A DNA stretch of 64,000 nt from Kondoa subrosea (lineage: Eukaryota), in contig BCIN01000002.1 in the NCBI GenBank assembly GCA_039545335.1, forward strand, positions 2,386,678-2,450,677, given 5' to 3'. The notes below the pieces were generated by a model. It was not told where the DNA came from and did not search any database. It saw nothing but the letters and a program-made list of their open reading frames with translations. Both the position numbers and the translations under genes were made by a program. Below are positions 47,271-61,351 of the stretch, piece by piece. How positions within the stretch are numbered: position 1 is the first letter of the stretch; each line of letters starts with the position of its first letter.

Positions 47271-50200
47271 TTAATCAGAATCAGATTCATCAGACTCCGA
47301 ATCAGACGCTGAGGAACCAGAACCATGATTTGCTCGACTGGTCGGTTGTGGTGGAACAGGAGGCATCATAGATTGACCAGGTACACCAGGTTGACCATTA
47401 CCAGGTTGACTTCCAGGTTCGAATGCGTTGAGTCGAGCTTCCAAACTAGCAATGTAGGCACTTTCTTGATCTTCGTCCAAAGATTTGCCTTTCTGTAGAA
47501 CCAATTGCCTAATATCAGCATACGCTGATAGACTAGCCGCTCTGGTGCTTACCAAACCACCTGTACCAGCTCGACCACCTTTGTGTGCACGATGACCAGA
47601 GGCAGTCAAAGTACTTTCACGTCGACCCTTCTGTTTACCAGGTTTGCCAACAGCAAAGTTGTAAAGCTTGAGCAGAGTGGCCGTATCAAGTGAATCAATA
47701 TCGAGCTCAATTTCCTGTCCATCCTGTGATATCACGCCAAAACCTCATTAGATCGAATCTAATGCGAAGAACTTATGCGAGCTCACCCCAAGTAAATCAG
47801 GCCGAGCTTTTCGAATGATATCGATGGCCTTCTCCAACTTGTCACCAGAAACCATGCCCATGCTGTTTGCCAATTCTTGCTTCATACCCCAAGTAACTTC
47901 TTCATCTTGAACTAGACCAAACTCTTCATCCGAATCATTGTTTCGCGCTCTAGCTTTCCTGCCAGGTACGCCAGACGATGATCTTCGAGGAGCTTTGGGT
48001 TGTTTTGGTGGGGGTGCTGGAAGAGGAGGCAAAGCAGGCAGAGGAGGGAGATGACCATTGGACCGATTCATGGCTGCTTTCTTAGCTGCTGCTGATGCCG
48101 CTTGTCTGGCTGCTCGTTTCTCGACTCGACGCTTGTCGCGAGCTGCCTTCATGTTCTCAATGTTAGCAGCCATCATAGCTAGCTGATTCTCCATCTGAGC
48201 AATTTGGTCGTCGGATTCTGTGAGTATGACAGGATTTTTAGCAATCATAATCGCAAACGAACACTTCACACTCACCAGACGCGCTATCTTCCGAAACCTC
48301 AGTTTTCTCAGCCCATTTGTTCTCGAAAGCGTAATCCAAATGCGAAGCAAGAATATGAGGGTTGGAGCCAGCAGCATTGTAAGTTTGACAATTTGAGATG
48401 ATGAGCTTGAAGTCAGAGTAGAAATCGTTAGATGAGCGGTAGAGCCCCGAATCCAACTTTTGTCGCATAGTGCCTAGATCCATTGGATGCTTGATGATGT
48501 TGAAGTAATCAGGAATACCCAATTCGACGGGATCTGTACATTGAAAACGATCCACACATCAGCACTTCACGCTGGAATATGCACGAAGTTTCACGCACCG
48601 ACAGGTCTCAAGAAGATCCAATTGATTTCCGCATTACCCTTCTTCATCAATTCCTTGAGTACTTGATTGCAAAAGCGCATATCGGCATCATGTTGATTAA
48701 CATGAGACCTTTTCTTCTTGTGAACCAGTTGTTCTTCAAGCGCATCATAAGGTAGAGGAGCGTTGCTTTCTCTTTTTGGTCGACTAGATTCAGACTGTCG
48801 ACGGGAGGATGACTTTAGATTTCAGAATGTACTTATGAGGTATTACGCATCGCAAAGGCGAAGGAAAAGACTCACCTGTTTCCTAGGTTTCACAGAAAGA
48901 GGAGTCGTGGCAGGCTGAAGAAAACAAGGGTCATGTCAAAGAGCGGTATTGCATTGCTAAAGAAGGTACGTACAGCGAAAACAGGCATTTTTGACATTTG
49001 CTTGTTGAAGAGCGTTTCTAATCCCTTTGCCATCAATCCCACTACGCTTGCGTCTCCGTTGAACCTCAAGCAGTTGTTTACCATCAAGTGCATGTCCGCT
49101 GAGAATTCATCGACAGATCGATACTGCTTCTGCGATAGCTTGTACTCGATAGTGCTCAGATCCATAGGGTGAGTGATGACGTTTGGGTAATGAGGGATAC
49201 CCAAAGCGATAGGATCGACCGGTGCAAGGAAAGGTGGAGCATCACGAGATTTCTTCAGAGTCTTCAGAATACCATTGCAAAACTTGATCTGCTCTTTTGA
49301 CATGATTGCAGGAGCATGCTGGATTTGAGGTGCTCGGAAAGCTGCTGGTGAAACTGAACGAGAAGCAGACTGCTTGTGTCGCTTCTGAGGCGGACCTTGA
49401 GAGCTTTCTGGTTCATACGCTCGCTTTTGGTACATGGGAGATTGACCATCTGCTTGATTCATATTGACATCTGCCGGAGATGCCGTAGGTGGCATATCGG
49501 TCATTTGCACATCATTGATGGCTGAATTTGGTGCTGCTTCAGTTGCTGAAGGTGGAGGGTAAAGAGATTCATTAGTAGGTGGGTACAAAGAAGGAGTTGC
49601 AACAGCGTCTTGCGTTGAAGCGGTTAGAGGCGTTTCTGATGTTGCGCTTGGAGAAGCTGCTTGAGCGGAAGACTGCGGTTGATCGAGACTTTGAGTAGGC
49701 TGCTGATGAGAAGCTTGTTCAGGTTCTTGCATGACTTGATCTGTTGAGGACGGCTGTTGCAAAGTAGGTTGTACTGGCGGCTGCTGTTCTTGTACTACTT
49801 CTGCCGTAGCGATAGGTTGAGGTACAGGCTCACTTTGTGCTGAGGGTTGCGGCATTGATGCAGCAGAAGAAGACTCTTGAATCTGCGAAGACCTTGAAGG
49901 CAGTGGCTGAGCAGGTAAGGAAGGAGACATAGCGAAAGAAGAGGAATTAGCTGTTTCAATTGAAGCTTGCGAAGGGACTGGATCTGAAGCAGCTGGCAGA
50001 GTATCCGGTTGAGTAGATCCAGAGGGCACGAAGTCTGATGGCTGCTCTGTTGTGGTCACAGTAGAAGGCAAAGGTTGATCGACGTCGGCAGACATAGGCG
50101 GTTGTTGCACGACTTGATCTTGGAAAGGTTGTACAGCATCTTGAGACTGTTCTGGAGCGATGCCTAATTCTCCTGCTGTACCAGGCATGCCATTAGCCTG

Positions 50201-50461
50201 CAGCGAATGTTCATAAAGCGTTCCATTGGGTTCTTGAGATTGATGTATATTCAAGGCTTCCTGAGCTGGTAAAGGCATAGGTGCATGAGCTGAAGGACCG
50301 GCAGCAGCTTCTTGACCAGCTGTGGGTGCCGGTGGCAGACCTCCAGTCTCTTCCGCTTCGAGTGAAGTCACATTATCTTGCTTTGGTAATAATCCATCTT
50401 TAGAAGCTTCAGCCGCTGGCCCAGAGCTAGCCACATCGTTCAGTAGTCCATTGAGGGACAT
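47271..50461 (-). CDS. BDF1: BET-family double bromodomain protein with ET domain
   Basis: BD1 PFLAPVDPIALGIPHYPNVITHPMDLSTI..NCLRFN; BD2 DPVELGIPDYFNIIKHPMDLGTM..NCQTYN; ET domain KQELANSM..KAIDII..EIELDIDSLDTATLLKLY; acidic Ser-rich tail. Confidence 0.95.
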
Positions 50462-50937
50462 GACTGCAGAGCATCAGCTGCTTAGTAAGATCTACGGCTT
50501 GAAGTGAATCCGAAACCAACTGCAGAAAAAAACAACAAAGGCAAAAAATGAGAAGGAGGACAACGAAGATCCGTGAAATCCGCAAAGACCAATCGAACGC
50601 GCCGGCCTATCGGTCTCAGCCTTGAAGCCATCCCCTAGCAAGCTGCGCTTTCTGGCACCTCTCCCAGTCTCTGAATGCGATAGGAAGAGCTTCCGAAGGC
50701 CTCAAATCCATTGCATTGCTCAATATGGCGATAATCAGGTTTTCGTGGCAACCTCTTCAAATGCGGAATGTATGCTTGGTAGGCATCCAGTAGCCTCAGT
50801 GTACTATACTGTTCCCCTATCAGTCACTCCATTACGGTTTCCTCAAGTGCCTGAAGTGACACGTCAAGCTTTTCGCAATTATGGGAATTATGCATATGGT
50901 TTTTTTACAATGATAGTGAGAGATGTACAACAATATT

Positions 50938-53838
50938 CTAGCATCCTGCAGCGTCCATTGAACTCCTAGGGAAAGTTGCTCCAGCTTGTGCCCAAGTTGT
51001 GAGATTAGGATTCTGTTTCTCTTTGATCAGCTTTTGTCCGTCTACGCTACGTGCTTAAGACTCACCGTGTAAGCTTCGATATGTTCCTGAATGTAATCGT
51101 GAGTCGGGTGACTCTTTGGATCGCAAGTGACAGATTGTGGTAAATCTGCTCGTTGATACACTCGGACGTAATCGATTGCGCTTGATCGCAGATCAGCTAT
51201 AGTACCTGCTGTGTATGGCATCAGACTTACAAAACCGCTGGGAAAGTGATTTCCTTGAAATTGATAGCTTGGAAAGCGTTTGAGAACCCAAAGTTGAGTA
51301 CGATGGACATGGGTTCTTCTGATATCAGACGATTGCTGATCTGAGCATCCGCGTCGGGTCCGATAGCATTCGATGTGATAGTCCAAGCAGGACTGCCGTT
51401 TGTTTGCCAGGTGATGTATCCATTCTCACGATCTGGATGGTACTCGAAGCCGTACTGCAGCCTGCGTTAGCGCATCTATTAGAAAGGGATTATCTGACTT
51501 ACTGTAGCAAAAGCACCACCATTTTGAGCATAATTATCCGGCGGGGTGTAGGTTACGCCAGAAAGAGCTTGTTGATATACACCTCCCTAAAAGAGACGTA
51601 TAAGCAACTCTTAGCAGATCTGTGGTACGAGAATGCATACCTTATACTCGTTCAAGAGGGTTTGGTTATTATCGTAGACTATCACATTTGGCGTGGTGTT
51701 CAAGAATTGATAAGCAGTATTGTCTACATTGACAATCAGCAAGCATTCGAGCACTCGAAGTATAGACTGACAAGGAGCGATCTGACCACTTTGCGATACG
51801 GAACCAAGCAGACCACCCAGAGTTTCATTCCAGCTGATTTGGGCTTCAATGATATCGATCTGCATTGTGCATGAGCTTCTTTCTGCTGCATCGGCTCAAA
51901 CAAAGGCAGCATACTTCAGGACCTCCCCGCCCAAAATCGTTGCTTGGTCCCGGATGATCTTCACCTTTGCAAGTACACGATCTTCCTCCTACGTCAATTA
52001 TGTCAAGATACAGGCCAAGAGAACAACTCACGATAATCGTTGACCAGGTTGATAAGACAAACTGTTTCCTTTGTCCGGGTCACCGGTTGTGAGGGCTACG
52101 ACAGGAGTGACACCATCTGCATTTGTTTGATTCGGTCTTGCACCAGTATCGCAGCTGTCGTAACTGTAAGGCCAGACACCGTCTGTAGTAGCTCCATATC
52201 CAGCTCGGGCCAAGTTCCCACTAACAAAAACAATAATTCAGCGAGCGAAAATCTTTACAGATGGAGATGCATACATTGTCCATGCACCAGGCCAATAACC
52301 AACGACATTGTTTTGACCAGGAAGCACAACAGAGACTTCGATACTGTATTCTTTCGCTTTAGCAAAAAGGCAAAGCTAGAATAATTCACACTGACTATCC
52401 ACCAGTGAAGCATAGCTTGTTCCAAGACTGAAGCATGCCAGATTCTATAGACCCCATGATCAGCTTCGTCAAGCAAACTATGACCAAGTCGCACGATAAT
52501 CAAGTCCATGTGATGGGGTTTGTGACAGTGTGAGTAGTAGGTTTCCGCCAAAGGTTGTTGCCGCTGATGGGTCGTACCATTCCAGATCCTAGAGACTTTG
52601 TAAGAAGATTCTTCTATGTCCGATTTTTATCAAACGTACAGCTGTTCCCCTGTAGACGAATATAAAGGCGTCAGCACATTGGCAACCATCGGCTTAAGAG
52701 TATACGTACCAATAATGAAGGTCAACTGCTTCGAAGTATGGATCATCGCCAGGATAGAAAGATCGATTATCGACCTTTTACATCCGAATCAGCGGACTTC
52801 AAAGCAGAAAGCATTACAGTAATAACATTGAACTCATCAGAGAAGACCAAATTGTAAGCGAAACCATCAAAACCCGTTCTTGTTCTCGCTTCAATAGGTG
52901 TATCCGTATCGACCAAAGTATGAAAATTAGGTATTTGAGGTACTTGACCTGTTCCATTGACGCCACCTAAACCCCAACCAGCTTCTTTCTTGGACGCACG
53001 GATAAAGAAGGAAGTTAAAGGATAAGCCGCGAATATACCGACCAAAGCTAAAACGATCAAAAGCAGAGCAGTAGCGTTGAGCCAGCCTCTGAGTGTCCAG
53101 AGTTGCCAGATCGATCCAGTATCTTTGACTGACGGATCATGAATGTGATCATCTTTGTCGCCGGAAAAATCCCATTCGAGCTGTTGTTATGGTATTAGGA
53201 TCAGGAATTATGCGTTGTATTCCAAAGGAAAAGGTGACGAACCTCTTCTTTCGATGAAGCTGGAAAGCGATGTTCATTCGCATCCAAATACTCATCAAAC
53301 CCAGCATCGGAATGAAGTGAAGGGGAAGCAAGAGAAGGTGAGAAAGAATTAACGCTTTGACTTGAAGAGTTCAACAACTGAGCAGAAGAATGTGAATAAG
53401 GACCATAATTCGATCCAACGCGACCTCTAGATACGCCGATTGGTGAGTGTGGAATGATTGAAGACGAGTCGGAAAGCATTGATTCGGTTGATGTTTTCCG
53501 TCTTGGAATCGGAAACGGTGCTGAGAGTGCATCTGGTGAGTCTAGCCCCGGTGATCTGGGTGGATTGTAGTAATGATGAAACGAAGAGTTGCGAGGGGGA
53601 AGTGGTTCCTGTCCGTCTGAGCTGGTCTGTAATGGTTTACATTCAATGAATATCAGCTTCTCAAAGGCGTGGTAGTGTATGAACTGACTAGAGCAAGAAC
53701 GGGCTGTTGCATAGGCAGTCCATGCGCGACGCTTGAATCGCGCTGTGTCCGTGAAGGCGCGTCAGAATAGCTGTATTTTGCCTCAGAGGCCAGCTCTGAG
53801 TCTGAGGGCAGTCGGATATGATGTGAAGTAGGCCTCAT
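50938..53838 (-). CDS. KRE6/SKN1-like GH16 beta-glucan synthesis-associated protein
   Basis: Type II TM segment, [59 protein letters not shown] catalytic motif, IDYVRVYQ. The start codon is approximate. Confidence 0.92.
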
Positions 53839-54170
53839 AGCTTGAATTTGAAAAGTGTGCAACCGCCGTCCGCCGAAGTATTTCAGCTCAAAGTGGGAAG
53901 CACAGGGCAGAAGAGGGTATGTGAGAAATGAGTGTGGGTGATCTGGTGCTTGCTGAGTCTGCACGGTCAACTGACTCAGCAGTTTGCGTGGATGGTGTCT
54001 TGAGAGCAAGCTTCGTCCTTCGTCTCGCTTCTTAAAAATAGTTCTTTGTCCCGTTCAACCGCTTGACAGTCTGTGCCTCTTCAATGAGACTGCATAGAGC
54101 GTCTAGACTGATTTATTAGTAGACTTCGACAATCGAAACGCGATCTTGCCTTAACTTGGTGCCCACGAGG

Positions 54171-56662
54171 ATGTCGCATGTTCTGCTTATCTTGGGCACA
54201 GTACTCTTAGCCTTTCTTGTGCAGCGCCTCTATACCGTCTACAAGATCGTATCTACGAGTCCAGTCCCTTGCTTGGTGTCATTCTTTGACCACTTGTTCG
54301 ATTTCATTGTTCTCAGTCTGTGGCTCTCCCTTTTCTCATTCCGCTTGCTAGCTTTCCACCTGGATCCTTCATTACTCGTCAAATAGGAAATCCAAACAGC
54401 GGTTTCATTGTTGTACTTGGCCCAGAATGGAATGAGTTGAGTCACTACGTATCTTCTGTCTCACCTTCAGCAAACTAAATGAGCGGGGCAGAGAAATGTT
54501 GAGATTCTGTGCGTCCTCTTCAGAGTAATTTTGCGTCCGAGAGTCCTGGCGCTGATTGCGCATAATAGCGCTGAAGGATCGGCTCAATCCAGAAACAGAC
54601 TGCTGGCTCTATGTGTAAGCTGGACCTTATGGTTGGCTGAGACATGTTTTCGCTAACATTATTACAAGAACCTGCTTTCCATTGATGTCAGAACTCAAGT
54701 TCTTCGATTCTTCTGCTGTTCGTGCGATCAACAATGATAACAAATGCTACGAGCGGTGTGAAGAGTATAGAGAGTGGGACCTAGCTCTGCGTCATACCGC
54801 ATCTCTCGCTGATCTTGCCTGTTCAGTATGGTCGCTCACTTGTTTGTTTCGTCCGGCCCGAACCAAATTACAGAACCCTTACAGCTTCTACCAGCGGTCC
54901 AAGTGTGCTCACTACAGCTGGGAAAGAACACAAACGTCATCGAGCAGTTGCAGAACCCAGTTTCACAGCATCCAACAGTTCGCTCGTTTGGTCAGCAGCA
55001 GACAAAGTCATGCAGGAAATCTTCGCTTCACATGATGCTCAATACCCTAATCAAGACGTTCCTCTATCCGATGCTATCTCTTTCACCAGAAAGCTTGCAC
55101 TCATTGTCATCAAAGTTGCCGGGTTTGGCGTTAAATCACCCTGGGACGGCGTTGAGGAAAAGCCAAAAGCTGGAAGACGAATGACTTTTGATCATTCACT
55201 AGATGTAATCGTTCATGGTCTGAACACTATCTTGCGTGCTATTTTGCCAAGGGTAGAGTTTCCAGAACTGATACTCTGCGTGAGGCTGACGTGCTTATGT
55301 ACAGGCTGCATATTGGTTACCAATCAAGAACCTCAAAGAGATGGATGTTGCTTTCCCAGAATTTGATCTGGTAGACACCATATTTATAAAACCTGTTTCA
55401 CTTGGACTGACCATGCATTACAGATTATGCAAGACTTGGTGGAAGAACGAATTGCTGCACAAAACAACGGATTAGAAGAGGGTGCTGATCTGTTTGGCGC
55501 ATTGATACGCTCGATGGATGCAGATAACGGCGGTCTGACCAAGCGAGAGGTAGGCTTTCCGTCCGAGCCTTGCCCTTGAAGATCTCACCCCGTCCTTGTG
55601 ACTTTAGGTCCTTGGCAATATCTTCACCTTCCTCTTTGCGGGGCACGGTACGGCCTCCGTTGCAAGCATCGAGAATGATCTCATTTGGAATTGGCAGAAA
55701 CTACTGCCAATACGCTGGCTTTCCTTATGGCTTACCTTACTTTGTATCCGGAAGAACAGCGCAAGCTATATGAGGGTAAATCTGCCGGATGTATCAAGGA
55801 CTCTGGCTGATGATAGACGACCAGAAATCAAAGAAGTTTTGGGTGATCAAGATCGTCTAGTGAGTTCCAACTTTACACTGCTGACAGTTGCTGAAACAAA
55901 ACAGGCATACGCTGACATGAACAAGCTGTCAAGAGTGCTAGCTGCCATCAACGAAACCGTACGACTCAAGTATGATCACATGTCTTGGTATCACGAAGCA
56001 AGGCTGATTTGCTACAGACCTCCAGCAGTTTCTATCGCCAAATGGTGCATCCAGGACCATGTCCTTACTGTTCCAAACAGGCAGACGGGCGGCAATGTAC
56101 AGATTCCAGTGCAGAAAGGAGCTCAAGTCGGCGGTGAGACTGTTTGATACAAGCTGCGCATACTTGACTGACATCAATTCAGCATACTTCCAAGGAGTTC
56201 ATCACAACGAGTCTTTCTTTCCTGAACCTTCAGTTTTCCGCCCTGAGCGATTCCTTGATGGAAGCAAAGAGAAGAGTCAGTCCGAGCAGCCAGCTATTCT
56301 GCAGAATGAGATGCTGATCTTGCACCATAGCTCATTTCTTTGGCTTCTCAAGCGGAAGCTATTCTTGCATCGGACGGAAATTCGCAGAGGTGGAAGCAGT
56401 TTGCATCATCGCTAATCTGCTTTTGCGGTATGAGCTGGAAGTCATCAAATTACCTGGCGAAACACAGCAGGAGCTCGAGAAGAGAATATTGAAAGGAACT
56501 CCAATCGTAACATGTGAGTTTCCAACCCATGCCTATCTCTTGATCTGATCAATTCTCGCTTTTCAGTACAACCACCTAGTGTTGGATTTGTAAGTGGCTA
56601 AGTACGTCTGTCACTAAGACCTTACGGGTCACGCACAGATGTTGAAGCGAAGGAGTACTTGA
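54171..56662 (+). CDS. Cytochrome P450 (paralogue B)
   Basis: MSHVLLILGTVLLAFLVQRLY, KEHKRHRAVAEPSFT, FLFAGH-ETTANTL, ETVRL, PERF, FGFSSGSYSCIGRKFAEVE. Confidence 0.92.
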
Positions 56663-56857
56663 TTGAAATGTTGAAATATTTCACTACTGAGGAGCAACGT
56701 CGTTCATAATAGATGTAGACAGTACATGTCAAATTTAAAGCATGCTGCATAATTGCTTTCTAGTCTCCAATTCAGCTCTACTAACGAGACTTCCCCGTCA
56801 ACTAACAACTGTTAATCTTGCTCGAAATGCTGATCGATTTGATTTCGATGCCCTCGC

Positions 56858-58320
56858 TCAACGCATGACGACTGGTAACTCGTTTCTCATCAGCACGCGA
56901 CGCCCTTTACCGGTGGGAAAACTCTTGTAACACCCATCAACCGTTACGCGAGTGGAAAGCGCCTTCATATCGGCTAACAGAAGGTTGATGATCCACTGAT
57001 GTGCCTTACCAAAAGTACCGTCGGAATACTCTGCTTTCTCTTCCATTGCATCTCGATGATCATAACAAATATCAAAAGCGAAAGAATGGAGCTTAGGGAA
57101 ATTGCAAAGGTTGAAGAGATAGTTGAAGGAAATCAATCGAATGATAGACCCTTGCTGGAGTAGAGTGATCGAGAATACCTCGAGTTGCGTGCCAAAAGTT
57201 GAGTGATGGCTGAAAGCGTTCCGCAAGCTTTGGCAAACGATTTCTGACATTGCCAATTGATCCCACTGCAGATGAAGCACCTTACACGAGGACAAATTTT
57301 CGAAGAGCTTGCTCAATGATTGACTTTCCAGGAGACCCCGCACTGTTAAGGTGGTGAGGCGATTGAATTGCTCGACGTAGGGCAAAAAATCGGGCCATGG
57401 CCAGCTGTCAGGAGCGAATTCGAAGTCGAGACTAGTGATGAATGCTTTGGGATCTTGCAAAAGCCTGGTGAATGCTACGTCTTTATCCGGCCCGGTCCAT
57501 TGATCCAAGCACGTTTCCTTAGTGACGCGATAGGTCAAGCGGGTGAGTTTTGGTAAATTGGAAAGTAGGTCGATTTCGCCCAAATAAATATTTTTTAGAC
57601 AGAGAATTTCTAGTCTTGGTGTATGACGAATCAGATGAATGAAAGGGTGCCAAGAACTTTGGGAGAAGTTCATGTCTAGAGCTGACGATAATTCGAGATG
57701 CTGCAATGCAGGCAAGAAAACAAGACTTGCCAAGGAGATGCGAGAGGGCAGCATGAGCCAGTCTACAATATCGTATGCTGCGTTATAAGCCGGATCAATT
57801 CCATCACGAATGCCAACACGCAAAGACCTAAGCTTGACAAGGAGCCGAAGAATCGCAACAGCTATTTCGTTTCTTGATGCGGCTTCCTTCCTGGCTTCAA
57901 TCAAATCCCAAGAGAAATGGCAAGGTCTTTCTTCCCAACACCAGGCTGGATGAACCATGGTGGTCGTTATAGTCCATTCAGCGCGTCGGACAAATTGGCC
58001 TGGTTGACATCCTGACTGTAACGATCGAAGAAGTTTTCTACTGGAGAGATGCTTCGAGTCAAGCGACCAATAGATGAGAGGAAGGGTGATGTGATCTGGA
58101 ATTGCAACCCGCGATGAACTGAGAGTCGGGTTCGCAATAATAGCAGATACTTACAGAATGCTTCTACGAAGGTTATCAGCGAGATGCATTGACATTCAGA
58201 GGCAACATAGCTTACTGGAAGACAGAGCGATGTTCACCAAGTCCTGCTTGGATTCCGACTTCGTTTGCTTTTCCACCATGCTAAGATGTCCGACAGCAAT
58301 TCCACTGGAAGAATAGTCAT
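56858..58320 (-). pseudogene. F-box-like/LRR-like protein, copy 1, with a 1-bp frameshift in exon 1
   Basis: Starts MTILPVELLSDI, then goes out of frame versus its paralogue (TTT reduced to TT at 58283-58284). The 366-aa downstream ORF is open and homologous to 61352-62815. Confidence 0.65.
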
Positions 58321-58680
58321 TGTTCCTCCTGCTCTTGCTGCGTCACACCTTGAAAAGCGGCCCACCCAAAATCAATGCAAATCAGACCAAATGCCCGCTG
58401 TTGCGCTCAAATGAACCCTTCGTCCGGCTAGACACAGTGCAGCACGACCAGACCGTGCCAAACGGGTATATCGGACCTCGGATATTCTCCCTGCAAGGAC
58501 TTGACCGTACAAGAGCAAGCCTTATTTTTCTCGTCCTGAGCGGCGACATCGTTTCACGGGTCTTCTGCACTGTTCGAGATCTGGCGTGTGTCGGCCGCAC
58601 AGTCAGAGAAATCGAATGCTCTATCCAGTAACAGACTTGGACTTACCCACGTGATTCCTTCTTGCCTGAGACCATCCACC

Positions 58681-61185
58681 ATGTCGCTTAGCATACTGCT
58701 CGTCTTGAGCTCTGTGCTGTCTGCCTTTCTTGTGCACCGTCTCTACACTGTGTATAAACTGGTATCGACAAGCTCTGTTCCATGCCTTGTCTTGCTCTTT
58801 GATCATCAGTACTTCGATTCATTGGTTTCATATTTATCTGTTCTTGTTCTGATTGTTAGTGTAGCTTTCCACCTGGATCCTTCATCACTCGTCGAATAGG
58901 CAATCCTAGCAGCGGTTTCGCTATTGCTCTAGGCCCAAAATGGAACGAGTACGGGCCTTCTATCTTGCCTTCCTCGACTATGAACAACTGAGATTTGCAA
59001 TAGGGAATTATTACGCGTCGGTAAGTCGTTCTAATAGGTACAATCACGTTACATTGATTTCGCAACGCAGCTGTCGAGGACAGAATCAACCCAGAGACAG
59101 ATTGTTTTCTCTACATGTTAGCCGGCGGCGCTGTATTCTGACAAGTTGGCACAAAGCTGACACTGTATTCGATAGTTCTTGCTTTCCATTAGTGGCAGAG
59201 CTAAAATTCTTTGACTCTGCTGCTGTTCGTTCAATTAAGAACGATAACAAATACTACGAACGCTGCTTAGAGTACAGAGGGTAGGTGTTAGCTCCCGCTT
59301 ATGTGATACATCGCTGATTGATTCCTCTTCAGAATGTTAACAATCTTGTGTGTCCTCGTCTTCTCGACACTATCTTAGCTATTATTAACTGATTTGCTAC
59401 AGTGGCCCAAATCTACTGGCTCTCGCGGGCAAAGAACATAAACGCCATCGAGCAATTGCAGAACCCAGCTTCACTGCTTCCAACAGTTCTCTTGTTTGGT
59501 CAGCGGCTGACAATGTCGTGCAAGAGGTCTTCGCTTCTCATGACGCTCAATTTCCGGATCGAGATGTCTCCTTACCTGATGCTATTGCTTTCATGAATAA
59601 AGTCACTTTGATAGTAATCAAAGTAGCAGGTTTTGGTGTCAAGTCGCATTGGGAGAGTGTTGAGGAAAAGTCCAAGCCTGGAAGACGAATGACCTTCAAT
59701 CAATCGATGGACGTTATTGTACATGGAATCAACATTGTCTTGAGAGGCATTATACCACGGGTATGCACTGTCCTCCTCAATTTTAAGGCTTGCAAATGGC
59801 TAATAGGATCTGCAGGCTGCGTACTGGTTACCGATCAAGAATCTCAAAGAGATGGATATCGCCTTTCCAGAATTTGACCAGGTGATTACTGGGGCCGGAG
59901 AAGATATTCCTTGCAGACTGAACGAATATCACAGATCATGCAAGACCTAATAGAGGAACGAATTGCTGCTGAAAACAGCGGCGTTGAAGAAGGCGCTGAT
60001 TTATTTGGCGCTCTCATACGCTCGATGAACAATGGGACTGATGGATTGACTCAGCGCGAGGTCAGGCGTATAATATGCAGTTTCGAGTAAGAATTGATAT
60101 CTGTAGCTAGGTCTTGGGAAACATTTTCATTTTCCTCTTTGCCGGACACGGTATGGTCTCACGCTACATCACAAGCTTAAGCTAATCGGCCACGGCAGAA
60201 ACTACTGCCAACACTCTGGCTTTCTTGATGGCCTATCTTGCGATATATCCTGAAGAACAGCTCAAGCTATATGACGGTAAGTGCAAGGTCCTTCTCGACA
60301 GCTCTCGCTGATATTACATTCTCTACCCTACAGAGATACGAGACGCTCTGAGTGATCAAGTTGGTTTGGTGCGTGCTCGTGTTGACTCTGACACAGTAGC
60401 AGCTGAAGTTCAAAAGACCTACGCCGATATGCATCGGCTACCAAGAACACTAGCTGCCGTCATTGAAACGATTCGACTTAAGTGAAGTTTTGCCCTTTTT
60501 CTTGCGAGTGTATAGCAGCTGAACCTCTCGGTAGGCCTCCAGCTGTTTCGGCAGATAAATGGTGCATACAAGATCATACTCACGCCATGCCGAACAGGCA
60601 GACTGGCGGGAATGTGCAAATACCAGTATCGAAAGGCACAAAAGTTGGCGGTTCGTAACCATCAGGCAATCTCCTGGCACCTTTCTAACATCATTTGCAG
60701 CATACTTTCAGGGTGTACATTACAACGAGTCGTTCTTTCCCGAGCCATCAGTATTCCGACCAGATCGTTTCCTTGCCGAAAGCAAAGAAAAGTGTCAGTT
60801 CTGCGCATCCGGAAGAGAGGAGAAACTCAATTTGCGTGACAGCTCACTTCTTTGGTTTCGGTACTGGCACCTATTCGTGTATCGGTCGCAAGTTTGCAGA
60901 AGTCGAAGCGGTTTGCATCATTGCAAACCTTCTCTTGCGATACAAAATCGAAGTCGTGAAGTTGCCTGGTGAAACGCAGCAAGCACTCGAGAAGCGTATA
61001 CTAAGAGGGACAATCATGGTAGCCTGTAAGTCCAACGATAGGGAATGCCCTCTTCTTTTTCAGCTCATCGAGTCGGTTTGCAGTACAACCACCCAGCGCC
61101 AGCTTTGCAAGTCGTTGGTTATTTCTCTTTCGACGAGCTGACGTGTCTGGAACAGATTCTAAAGCGAAGGGACACTTCAACATAG
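58681..61185 (+). CDS. Cytochrome P450 (paralogue C)
   Basis: MSLSILLVLSSVLSAFLVHRLY, KEHKRHRAIAEPSFT, FLFAGH-ETTANTL, ETIRL, PDRF, FGFGTGTYSCIGRKFAEVE. Confidence 0.92.
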
Positions 61186-61351
61186 CAAGGGTAGAAAGCA
61201 GTTATGGAGATCGAGTCATGCCAAATTTCTACTATTTCGTAGTGATCAATATGCATTATCAGTCCGTACCAGATGTTATTGGATCGCAATTGCTCCATAC
61301 ACGAAAGTCACGTTGCAGACAGGTCCCAAATTTAGACACCTATGCTCTAGC

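Larger units (their letters stand above)
54165..58330. repeat. Tandem two-gene cassette unit 1 (P450 + F-box-like)
   Basis: Same gene order, orientation and exon structure as 58675-62825. Confidence 0.85.
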
